From a virus (Duplodnaviria; Caudoviricetes): DNA of 64,000 bases. The notes beneath the pieces are model-generated. The model worked only from the letters and a program-made list of their open reading frames with translations. It made no database searches and was not told the origin of the DNA. Position 1 is the first letter of the stretch; each line of letters starts with the position of its first letter. Of this stretch, positions 31,663 to 40,877 are shown one piece after another. Location of the stretch: positions 32,001-96,000 of the IMG/VR virus record IMGVR_UViG_3300013947_000021, one strand, 5' to 3'. A program made the position numbers and the translations under genes.

Positions 31663-32853
31663 TTAATTATTACCTCCTACACCGAGTGCCGCATATTTAG
31701 GTTCATATGAATAATTTTTATAAGATACATCATTTGAATTATCAACATCTTTTTCTTTTTTGCTGCAAGCTTTAATAATCTTAAATGCTATATCTTTACT
31801 ATCTTTAACAGCCTGCATTGTAGTGACATATTTAAGAGAGGCCAATCTTATTACAGCATTACACTGCTTAATTATAAATGCATAATTATTAAAGATTTTG
31901 GAAAGTTTTTTATTCAATGGTGTTTTATCAACTATTCTTTCTTTTCTTCGCTTTATATCAGTTATAATCTTATCAACAGTACCTAAATATTTAAGATTCT
32001 TTTGTGCTGAATTAAGCATCATAAATCCTTTTGATAAATCTTGCATATTTAATTTATTAACTATAAAAATCAAATCATTAAAATTTATAGAATCTACTTC
32101 TTTAGTTATAGACTCATAATAATCTTTTTTATTAAAGTTATCTGCCATCTTTTGCACAGCATTCATATCATTTTCATTGTAATCTTTATCTAAAGCCTTT
32201 AAATCATTAAGATCATGAAATTTTTCTGCAATAAATGCATGCACATCATCTTTATCTTTAATATTATTCATCTTCATATAATCATTGTATGAAAACTTTT
32301 TATCATCTATTATTCTTTTATTTACTATTACATTATTTTTATCTGTAAAAACATAGTCACATGCTTTTTTGATATTATCATTAGTAATTATATCTTTATT
32401 ATCTATAAATTTTCTTTTAAGATCATAATCTATCTTCTTTATATTTGCAATAAAATTAAAATAGAGCTCCTGAAGTTTTCTATAGATATTTGCAAAAAAT
32501 TTCTTGAATCCTTCAATAAGAGTTTTAATCTTTTCACCAAATGATTTAACCTGTTTCTCCTCATTATCAGTAGTAGTCTTTTTATCATCTTTTTCATCAG
32601 ACTTATCTGTAAAATCATTTACATCAATAATAGTATCTTCAATAAATGCTATTTTATTATCTGCAGTTTCAGCAAATTCAGACAAACCAATTTGCTTATA
32701 AACTATATTCATATTATAATCTGATTCATACATAAGATCATAAAATGCTTCATCAAAATTGATATCTTCAATAGATTCATCACCAGATATTTCATCAATA
32801 TCAGGAATATCGTTTATCAAATCTGTATCTTCTAAAAATTTTTCAATATACAT
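31663..32853 (-). CDS. Putative head/inner-body protein (paralog cluster)
   Basis: MYIEKFLED start after GGAGG; LMYESDYNMNIVYKQIGLSE matches IVYEAEYNFNMICKSIGLSE of 34019-35011. Confidence 0.65.
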   Translation of the reverse strand: MYIEKFLEDTDLINDIPDIDEISGDESIEDINFDEAFYDLMYESDYNMNIVYKQIGLSEFAETADNKIAFIEDTIIDVNDFTDKSDEKDDKKTTTDNEEKQVKSFGEKIKTLIEGFKKFFANIYRKLQELYFNFIANIKKIDYDLKRKFIDNKDIITNDNIKKACDYVFTDKNNVIVNKRIIDDKKFSYNDYMKMNNIKDKDDVHAFIAEKFHDLNDLKALDKDYNENDMNAVQKMADNFNKKDYYESITKEVDSINFNDLIFIVNKLNMQDLSKGFMMLNSAQKNLKYLGTVDKIITDIKRRKERIVDKTPLNKKLSKIFNNYAFIIKQCNAVIRLASLKYVTTMQAVKDSKDIAFKIIKACSKKEKDVDNSNDVSYKNYSYEPKYAALGVGGNN

Positions 32854-32942
32854 TTTTATTTCCTCCAAATATTTAATTATTATATAATTGTTTTTTTTTG
32901 AGCAATAATCACTAGGCATAGGTTACCTAGTGATATATAATA

Positions 32943-33944
32943 TTATATGAAATTTATTTCATTGAAATAGACTCCATTAATCTGATTATTATAAATTTCT
33001 TTTATTCCATTCTTATCACTATTTTCATTTTTAATAGCAAAGCTTTCAGGAACAAGTAAATTTAATATTCTAATATATGTAGCTCTCTTTTCTTTTTCAA
33101 TAGAAATAATAGTTTTATATGTAGCCCATATTATATTTATTTCTTGATTAATTATATTTATATAGTGCTGGATAAGCGATAATCTAGCATTATCTTTCTT
33201 AAATATTTTACTATTTAAGAATTTATTTATCTTATCAAATTCAAGTGTAGATTTAAAATATTTACACTTATTATTTACAGTTTCATATGCCAATCTTATA
33301 CTCTTAATACTATTTCCAGATTCAAAATATTTTATAATATCTCTAAGTTTATCCTCAGGAAAATTTATATTATTTTCAAATTCTATCATAGCATTGGATT
33401 TCAGAGCATAAGATATGAGTTTCTTATATTCATCCATATTAGAAATATTATTAATTCCAGTAATATCTTTAAATAAAGATTCATCGTCTAAATATTTACT
33501 AGTAAACTCAGTAATATTATCATCAGTAACATTCTTAATATTTGATTTAATATTACTATTCATTTTATCTATATTTTTATTTAAATCATTAAATATATTA
33601 TGATATATAGTATCTTCAAGATTAGTATATGAATAAGCTCTAAATCTAATTTTTTTAGTTTTAAAATTAGTAAAATAAATATTTTTATATTTCTTAATTA
33701 CTTCACGATACTTCTTATCGTTTCCAAGCATAATATCTTTATTATAATTCATATATTCAATAATTTTATCAATAAGAGTCATAAGCTTTTGTATTGCTAA
33801 AATTATTTTATTATCAGAATTATTATTGGATTTATTAAAGAATTTAAACTCATTAATATACTTTAATGTATCTACCAAATCATTATCTATATGAGTTTCA
33901 TTATATACAAAATTTTCATTAACTACCATAACTATTTTCATCAC
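32943..33944 (-). CDS. Putative head-associated protein
   Basis: Repeated x-N-E sites at the N-terminus; C-terminus YFNEINFI; AACT-N6-TA at 33961-33972. Confidence 0.6.
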   Translation of the reverse strand: MMKIVMVVNENFVYNETHIDNDLVDTLKYINEFKFFNKSNNNSDNKIILAIQKLMTLIDKIIEYMNYNKDIMLGNDKKYREVIKKYKNIYFTNFKTKKIRFRAYSYTNLEDTIYHNIFNDLNKNIDKMNSNIKSNIKNVTDDNITEFTSKYLDDESLFKDITGINNISNMDEYKKLISYALKSNAMIEFENNINFPEDKLRDIIKYFESGNSIKSIRLAYETVNNKCKYFKSTLEFDKINKFLNSKIFKKDNARLSLIQHYINIINQEINIIWATYKTIISIEKEKRATYIRILNLLVPESFAIKNENSDKNGIKEIYNNQINGVYFNEINFI

Positions 33945-34018
33945 CTTTATTTAGTTATTTTATATATAAGTTGAAAAGAAATGGCGATGGGAAATTTCCC
34001 ATCGCCATTAATTTAAAA

Positions 34019-35011
34019 TTACATGAACTTGATATCAAATGCAGATTCTGTCTTAGGAGTCTCCTCAGCAGTCTGTTTCTTAGACTCCTTAGTATCCTTT
34101 TTATCCTTAGTTGCAGCAATCATAGCCTTATGATATATAGCTTCAGTATATTTTATAAGAGAGATAACATAATTAAATTTTCTAATTACAAGCATTTCAT
34201 TTTCTTTTGTAGATTTAATATCATTCTCTAACTCTTCCTTAGAAAATGGTGTATCCTTATTTATCATTCCCTTATACTTCTTGATATTTTCATCAAGTCT
34301 CTTCATTACAGGCTTATACATAGACTGAAGACTGTTTAACATATTATCTCTATCAAGCATAGCCTTCAGGCTTGCTGCATCAAGTTTATCTGTCTCAATT
34401 GTAATTGTCTTAATAAAATCGTCATAGCTTGTATCTTTAGCATTAGAAGAGATATTATCATATGCATAGCTCCACTGCTTAAAATCAAAGAGCTTTACTT
34501 TTTCTTTAAGTGTATTATTAGAAATATAAGTGTCAATTTCATTCTTATATTTCTTATATGTTTCCTTAGCATCACTGGTAGCAAAAATATCTTTAGCATT
34601 TTTATTAAAGATATTTGCACGTGCTTTATTATAAAAAGCTACTATCTTATCCTTCAGGCTAATGAGCCAGCGAACAAAAGCCTTTACAATCTCAACAACC
34701 TTATTCTTAGCCTTGCCCATTGCATCAGTGAACTTATTCTCATTAAGGCTACCTCTAGCAGCCTCATTGAGCTCGCTAAGTCCAATAGACTTGCAGATCA
34801 TGTTGAAATTATACTCAGCTTCATAGACAATCTCAGTAGACTCTTCAAAAGGATCGCAATCCTCTCCCGGAAGACCACAAAGAGCATCGTCTACCTCTTC
34901 ATCATGGGAATCTTCAACTGCATCCTCAATTTCTTCAAGATCATTTCCAACATTATCAGGATCCTGAATACCAGTAATTGCAGCTCCCTCATAGAACTTC
35001 TCAAAATACAT
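34019..35011 (-). CDS. Putative head/inner-body protein (paralog cluster)
   Basis: Acidic propeptide, ELNEAARGSLNE, amphipathic helix; C-terminus ESAFDIKFM. Confidence 0.65.
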   Translation of the reverse strand: MYFEKFYEGAAITGIQDPDNVGNDLEEIEDAVEDSHDEEVDDALCGLPGEDCDPFEESTEIVYEAEYNFNMICKSIGLSELNEAARGSLNENKFTDAMGKAKNKVVEIVKAFVRWLISLKDKIVAFYNKARANIFNKNAKDIFATSDAKETYKKYKNEIDTYISNNTLKEKVKLFDFKQWSYAYDNISSNAKDTSYDDFIKTITIETDKLDAASLKAMLDRDNMLNSLQSMYKPVMKRLDENIKKYKGMINKDTPFSKEELENDIKSTKENEMLVIRKFNYVISLIKYTEAIYHKAMIAATKDKKDTKESKKQTAEETPKTESAFDIKFM

Positions 35012-35028
35012 ATTATTTTACCTCCTTA

Positions 35029-36180
35029 TTAAAGTGCGGCAGCTTCAACAAAGCTTCTGATAGCAGAAGTATTGAGATCAGCAGCCGGAGTAGCAAATGC
35101 TTCATTAATCTCATAGATACCATTTGCGATATCCATACGAGCTTCCTGAGCAACAGTCTCCTGAGTCTCAGGATTCGAGGTAGGAGTCTTGCAAGCGGCA
35201 AGAATCTTAGCAAGGCCAGCTCTTGCATACTTAAGGCTCTTCTTCGTAATCGAGATTCTAACAGCCGAATACTTAGCAACAACTACCTGATATGCAGCAG
35301 TAAGAACTACAAGATTCGAGATAACATCCGGAGCCTCTTCTGCAGTCGGAGCATCAGCCTCGGTCTCATCGACAGCAGCCTCTGCAACTGCACCCTTCTT
35401 ATTAGCAGCCTTAAGCTCAGTGAATGCACCAAGAAGTGCCTTCTTAGTATCAGCTTCAGCAGCCTTAAGCGACTTAATAAGAGCACTACCACCCTTAATA
35501 GTAGCAAGAAGCGACTTAGCCATCGAATCAACATTGCTATCATTGATTTCGACAGTCTCGAATGCATTCTCCATGCAAAGCTCAGTAAACTGCTTAGGAG
35601 TTACAGGCTCAGTAGCATACTTCGGAATGCATCCCTGAAGACCAGTCTGAATAAGAGCAGTCTTGCCAAGACCAGTCTCGTTCATTCTAGAAGAAAGTGC
35701 CTTAGAGAAATCGTTCTTAAAAGACGGAAGCTTGAAAGATCCCATAAACTGCTTAGAAATAACCTTCACATCCTGAATAACCTTTCCATCAAAGTTAGCT
35801 CTATTCTGAGCAAACTTCTTCTCAAAGATATTAGCATAAGCCTTACCATCTCTCATAACGTATGCAGCAACTGCATTACTAGCATTCTTAAGAACACCAG
35901 AAATCTTCATGCCAGTCTTCGAGAGGCTAATCTTAAGAGAATCAATAAGATGCTTCTTAGAAGCCTCATTGAGAGCAGCAAGCTCCGACTCAAGAATAGT
36001 ACCCTCGCGAATACCCCTAATCTCCATGAAGTCATTCTTAAGAACAGCCTCAAAGATCATCTGATCATTGCATTCAGACTCATACATAATACGAGCCATA
36101 TCATTCGGTCCATACGACATATCTGCTTCGAGAGCAAGAAATTCTGCAGAACCAGTTCTATTTCCAGAATAAATAGGCAT
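35029..36180 (-). CDS. Abundant head/inner-body-like virion protein
   Basis: IMYESECND...AALNEAS shared with paralogs; strongly biased codons (GCT/AAG/GAG) suggesting high expression. Confidence 0.65.
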   Translation of the reverse strand: MPIYSGNRTGSAEFLALEADMSYGPNDMARIMYESECNDQMIFEAVLKNDFMEIRGIREGTILESELAALNEASKKHLIDSLKISLSKTGMKISGVLKNASNAVAAYVMRDGKAYANIFEKKFAQNRANFDGKVIQDVKVISKQFMGSFKLPSFKNDFSKALSSRMNETGLGKTALIQTGLQGCIPKYATEPVTPKQFTELCMENAFETVEINDSNVDSMAKSLLATIKGGSALIKSLKAAEADTKKALLGAFTELKAANKKGAVAEAAVDETEADAPTAEEAPDVISNLVVLTAAYQVVVAKYSAVRISITKKSLKYARAGLAKILAACKTPTSNPETQETVAQEARMDIANGIYEINEAFATPAADLNTSAIRSFVEAAAL

Positions 36181-36278
36181 AATTATATCCTCCTTATTAA
36201 ATTATATCATAATATGTTTAATTGATATCATATTCTATATGATTTATTATATTGTTTGTGACTAATAGATTTTATTTA

Positions 36279-38180
36279 TTAAAATAAAGCCGAATTAGTT
36301 GCAGTATCGGGGTTAGCAAGCTCAGGAGAATTATCTACAGTATTCTTGGTTTTAGCATCTTCAGCTATTTCTTTATTAGTATCAACTTCAGCTTTCTTAA
36401 ATTTAATACTAAAGAAATTAGCAATCTTTCTAAGAGCTCCAACCTTTTTAGTCTGTTTTTCAACAATTCTATTCTTCTTTTCCTGATCCATCTCAGTATT
36501 ATTAGCAACTCTATATGCATTCATTTCAAGAAGATCTGCCTGAGTATTGAAATAATCAGATGCACGAACTCTAAGATGATAGAATACAAATACAATTTCC
36601 TTAAGAAGATTAGGAATAAGAAGGAGAAGACCAACACTACCAGCAGCAATACCAAGTCCAATTGCAATCTTACCACCAAGTCCAATTCCAGCAATTGCAG
36701 CAGCTTCATGCTTGGTTCTGACATCAATAACACTATTTATGCTCTTATCAAGATCACCATTCTTGCAAGCTTTATTAAACTTCTTAAGATTGCTAAAGAA
36801 TATATAATTCTTATTCTTAGTATAAGCCATTTTATCAAGAACAAAATCAAAAGATTCCTTATTAGGAGTTTTAATAAATTCAATAGAGGTAGAAATAAGA
36901 AGAGAAACAGAAGCAACTATTGCAAGTACATAGTTATTGTACATAAGAATTGCAACTTCAGAATCAGTTCTAAATCCTCTTTCAAAGAGATCTTTTCTAG
37001 CACTAATATTAGCAATTGCTTCAGTAAGAATATCAATAGGAGCAGTATCCTGCTTCATAGCAACCACAAGTTCTCTAATAATATCAATACATTCAATAAG
37101 TCCTTTATAATTAGAGAGCTTAGTAATATCTCCCTTAGTATTAGGAATCTCACCATAATCAATATCATCAGTCTTAGCTACTATCTTATCATAGAGCTTC
37201 GAAGTAATGCTAGTAAGAATAGCATTCTGTTCTGCTTCAGTAAGAGAAAGAATCTTTCTTCTAGTAGCTCTATTAGTAATATCATAATACTCAGTAAAGA
37301 ACTGCATTACTTCAGGATTACCTCTAAATTCTGCAATATCTTCATCCTTAGTATCATCACAATCGGTAAGATGATCATCAAAACAATAAAGATTTTCAGG
37401 AGTCATTCTTTCCTTTTCAATGCATTCATCAGTATCTTTACAGTTAAAATCATCTTCATCATTAGAAGAGAGATTAACTGCAGATTCAGATAATCCAAAT
37501 TTATCTATAGTATATTCATTATTCTTTAAGAAATTATAAGTACATTCAAAAACAACATTTGGTGACCCAGGAGTACCTATATTTACCATAGATCCACCAA
37601 AAAGTAATACATTGCCGCCATATACTTTATATACTAATTCTGCAAATTTTGCTTTTGGTATTAACTTATTACTTGTAGATTTAAATCCATCGGCTTTCAA
37701 AATCTTAGAAATTATCATATATGCTTCTTTTGCATCATCCACATCAGAATCAGTTACATCTGGAATAATAAATGCATTTTTAGGAAATGTACCTTTATTA
37801 GTTGATTCAATTATATTATTGATATAATTAGAAATTCTATAATAAATATTAGATTTATCATCAGACTTATCATTTTTGCAAATTACATTATCAATTTTCT
37901 TAAAAAGACTAATCATTTCAGATCTAAATGAAGCATTTTGGCAATCTGCTTTAGATGCATGATCAAGAATATTAAATAATTTCTTAAATCCATATTTTTC
38001 TGTCAGTATTGTAGATTCAACAAGATCAACCTCATCTGAATTTATTTCAGGAGCATTATTCTCTTCATCATTACTATCAATAAGAATATTTTCATCTCTC
38101 TCATCAGTAGTAATATCATTCATTGAATCTATATCTTCAGTAGCAGATTCAAGAATATTTTTTCTCATATTAAAAATCAT
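36279..38180 (-). CDS. Virion structural protein with Gly-rich hydrophobic segment
   Basis: 633 aa with several x-x-E sites; KHE-AAAIAGIGLGGKIAIGLGIAAGSVGLLLLIP. Confidence 0.6.
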   Translation of the reverse strand: MIFNMRKNILESATEDIDSMNDITTDERDENILIDSNDEENNAPEINSDEVDLVESTILTEKYGFKKLFNILDHASKADCQNASFRSEMISLFKKIDNVICKNDKSDDKSNIYYRISNYINNIIESTNKGTFPKNAFIIPDVTDSDVDDAKEAYMIISKILKADGFKSTSNKLIPKAKFAELVYKVYGGNVLLFGGSMVNIGTPGSPNVVFECTYNFLKNNEYTIDKFGLSESAVNLSSNDEDDFNCKDTDECIEKERMTPENLYCFDDHLTDCDDTKDEDIAEFRGNPEVMQFFTEYYDITNRATRRKILSLTEAEQNAILTSITSKLYDKIVAKTDDIDYGEIPNTKGDITKLSNYKGLIECIDIIRELVVAMKQDTAPIDILTEAIANISARKDLFERGFRTDSEVAILMYNNYVLAIVASVSLLISTSIEFIKTPNKESFDFVLDKMAYTKNKNYIFFSNLKKFNKACKNGDLDKSINSVIDVRTKHEAAAIAGIGLGGKIAIGLGIAAGSVGLLLLIPNLLKEIVFVFYHLRVRASDYFNTQADLLEMNAYRVANNTEMDQEKKNRIVEKQTKKVGALRKIANFFSIKFKKAEVDTNKEIAEDAKTKNTVDNSPELANPDTATNSALF

Positions 38181-38196
38181 AGTTCAATTAACCTCC

Positions 38197-39594
38197 TTAT
38201 TTAGCTACCTTAGTCATAAGGTTAATTACTTTTTTATAAGTACTGTCAGAAGACTCTCTTTCAAGATGATTGAAAGAAATAACTTCCCAAGAAGGTTCAT
38301 CTTCATCAAAGATGAACTTTGCAACTTCCAGATTCTCATCAACTATGCATACACTGATAAGATTATATGCATTAAAGAGATTAGTAACCACAGAAGTTCT
38401 CTCAAGATCAATATTATAATACTTCTTCATATACTCAACTTCATCCTGAGATATAAGAAGAGAAGTAATTGCTGCAACAGAACCTGCAGCACCAGATCTC
38501 ATAAACTTATGAGATTTAGAAAGAGCTGCTCTTCTTTCAAGAACCTTCCACATCTTATCAGAAGTCTTATTCTTATCAGAGAAAGAAAGAGCATCAATCT
38601 TGGCTTTATCAATTCCAAGAAGGAAATCCTTAACAAACGAAATTTCTCTTGTAGTAGCTCTAATAAGATTAACGAACCAGTTAGTCTCAGAATTCTTATC
38701 TACAAGATGCTTAATAATATCATCAGATGCAATAGGATACAGCTTAGCCTTCACTGCAGCAAGTGCACTAGTATAAGGAACTGTACCATTGATATTGCCA
38801 TTATCATCTCTAGTAGCAATAGAGAAATTGACTACCATAGTTGTAGGCATAAGTTCATTAGCCTTTTTATATTCACTATTAAGAACAGTATCAGATACTG
38901 TAGCCATAGAATCTTTTCTTATCAGATTACTGCCTTTTGCAGTTGGTATATCAGATCCATCGGTATTCTTAAATATACCGCCTTCTTTATTATCATTAGT
39001 ACTATTCTTATCAACTGCAGCAGCTTCAGTAATAGCATCTATTCTTACATTATAATCTGTAAGTGCAGTTTCATTAATATCACTAGGAAGATAATAATTA
39101 ATATTTCTCATATCATTCTTAATAAGATTAGCTTCATTAAGAGTAAGTCTCTCAGTATCATTATCAAGTGTAGAATTAAGCATAGCAAATATATCATCAA
39201 GGTTTGCACTCTTAGAAGATATATTACCATGAAGAGCAGCAAGATAATCTTTAAAGTTTCCTACATCATTTCCATCAACAATCTGCCAGCTAGCAAATAA
39301 TCTCTGAAGCATTGAAACAAAATTCTTTTCAAGTGCTTTACAGACAAGAGAAGCATTAGCAACAGATACAGATTTAGAAGCAATTACAGGAAAAACAAGA
39401 GTAAGATTTGAAGAAGCTTTTGCTATGGAAGAACTATTAGCCATAGGTGATGCAAGCTTCTTACCATTAGACTTATATCGATCAATGATATTCTTGTTTT
39501 TTACATCACTAGCAAAATCTTTTGTTGCGTTCCAGATATTAAATATATCTGAAAGCATTGTTTCATGAATAAATTTAGGATCATTATTATTCAT
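38197..39594 (-). CDS. Virion structural protein
   Basis: 465 aa; late promoter at 39626-39637; first gene of a late operon. Confidence 0.6.
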   Translation of the reverse strand: MNNNDPKFIHETMLSDIFNIWNATKDFASDVKNKNIIDRYKSNGKKLASPMANSSSIAKASSNLTLVFPVIASKSVSVANASLVCKALEKNFVSMLQRLFASWQIVDGNDVGNFKDYLAALHGNISSKSANLDDIFAMLNSTLDNDTERLTLNEANLIKNDMRNINYYLPSDINETALTDYNVRIDAITEAAAVDKNSTNDNKEGGIFKNTDGSDIPTAKGSNLIRKDSMATVSDTVLNSEYKKANELMPTTMVVNFSIATRDDNGNINGTVPYTSALAAVKAKLYPIASDDIIKHLVDKNSETNWFVNLIRATTREISFVKDFLLGIDKAKIDALSFSDKNKTSDKMWKVLERRAALSKSHKFMRSGAAGSVAAITSLLISQDEVEYMKKYYNIDLERTSVVTNLFNAYNLISVCIVDENLEVAKFIFDEDEPSWEVISFNHLERESSDSTYKKVINLMTKVAK

Positions 39595-39748
39595 ATCACA
39601 AAATAACCTCCATTCGAAAATTTTTTATATCTATGTTCACGTAAATGAAAAGAATAGGAATTATTCTTATTATTATAATGTAATTTGGATAGAATTAACC
39701 CTCGCAACATTAAGTTAATAAAAGAGTATATAAAAGGGAGGTAATAAT

Positions 39749-40861
39749 ATGCCAACCGGTAGAACACATAGTGGTGGCGGTGGAAATTTTGGTAATAATA
39801 TTACCAAATCTAGTAAATCAATCAGATCAGATATATTTAATCAAAAATCTAGTCTTGCTGAAAATTTTAATCAAACAAATGGAAATACTGGAATAGCTAG
39901 TGCATTATATGCAAATGGAATATATGATAGACTCAGAATGGGTTTATTTGATAAATTTACTCGTATTCCTGCATTAGATCCATATAATGCTGTATTAGGA
40001 ACCAAAGAATATATATTTATAACTAAGCCAGATCTTTGTTTACTTAGTGGAACAAGTCTTAATCCTGCTATAGGATATAATGTTTTTCTTAGTGAAGCCA
40101 CTAAGAATTATTTACCTGTAATGAGACAACTTCAAAGTTCATCTCAACCTTATTCTACACCTTTTATGACTATACTTTCTAATTCTCTTACATCATCTAT
40201 GGATCTCTCTTCTATAAGTGCAGATTCTGTAGAAACACCATCTAATATTATGGGAACTAAAATATCTTATAGAGGAAGTTCTTATAAGTCAGATGATGAC
40301 CATGATTTTAGCTTGGAATTTGAAGATAATAAATATCTTGATATCTATATGCTCTTTAAAATTTATGATGAGTATGAAAGACTTAAATGGAATGGTAGTA
40401 TTGATTTATCAAGTCAAGAGCATTGGTTAAATTACATCACTAATAGAGTACTTCATGATCAAATGAGTATATATAAATTTATTGTAGATGCTACTGGAAC
40501 TAGAATTATATATTGGGCTAGAATAACTGGTTGTTATCCTATTTCTGTTCCACGTGATAATTTCTCAGATGCTCCTAAAGATGGATTAAAATACACTATT
40601 CAATGGAAAGGTAATTTCATTAGAGATATGGATCCTATTATATTAGAGCATTTTAATTTCCTTGTATTTAATAATAGAAATTCTTTATATAATAAGAAAG
40701 ATCTTCCTTTGTATGATTCAACTAACAGTCATTTTGAAGGACATTGGGCTAGTACTCCATATATAAAAAGAGTTACTAATGCTAATAATGGATATCATAG
40801 ATCTTTTAATAGTGATTATAATACTACTAGAACTGAATATCATCTTATGTGGAAAGAATAA
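39749..40861 (+). CDS. Tail-tube-like baseplate protein (T4 gp48/gp54-like)
   Basis: YIFITKPDL...FSLEFED...YWARITGCYPISVP tube-fold pattern; late promoter at 39706-39717; precedes the wedge gene. Confidence 0.55.
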   Translation: MPTGRTHSGGGGNFGNNITKSSKSIRSDIFNQKSSLAENFNQTNGNTGIASALYANGIYDRLRMGLFDKFTRIPALDPYNAVLGTKEYIFITKPDLCLLSGTSLNPAIGYNVFLSEATKNYLPVMRQLQSSSQPYSTPFMTILSNSLTSSMDLSSISADSVETPSNIMGTKISYRGSSYKSDDDHDFSLEFEDNKYLDIYMLFKIYDEYERLKWNGSIDLSSQEHWLNYITNRVLHDQMSIYKFIVDATGTRIIYWARITGCYPISVPRDNFSDAPKDGLKYTIQWKGNFIRDMDPIILEHFNFLVFNNRNSLYNKKDLPLYDSTNSHFEGHWASTPYIKRVTNANNGYHRSFNSDYNTTRTEYHLMWKE

Positions 40862-40877
40862 GGAGGTTATGATATAA

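Noticed and set aside
34978-36225. 415-aa plus-strand ORF and other long antisense ORFs (13418-14578, 21371-22216, 28810-29433, 36576-37493, 38266-39300, 43591-44442, 58484-59077, 59513-60088)
   Set aside because: Shadow frames of codon-biased genes on the opposite strand; no RBS seen and a low-information S/I/K/L-rich composition.
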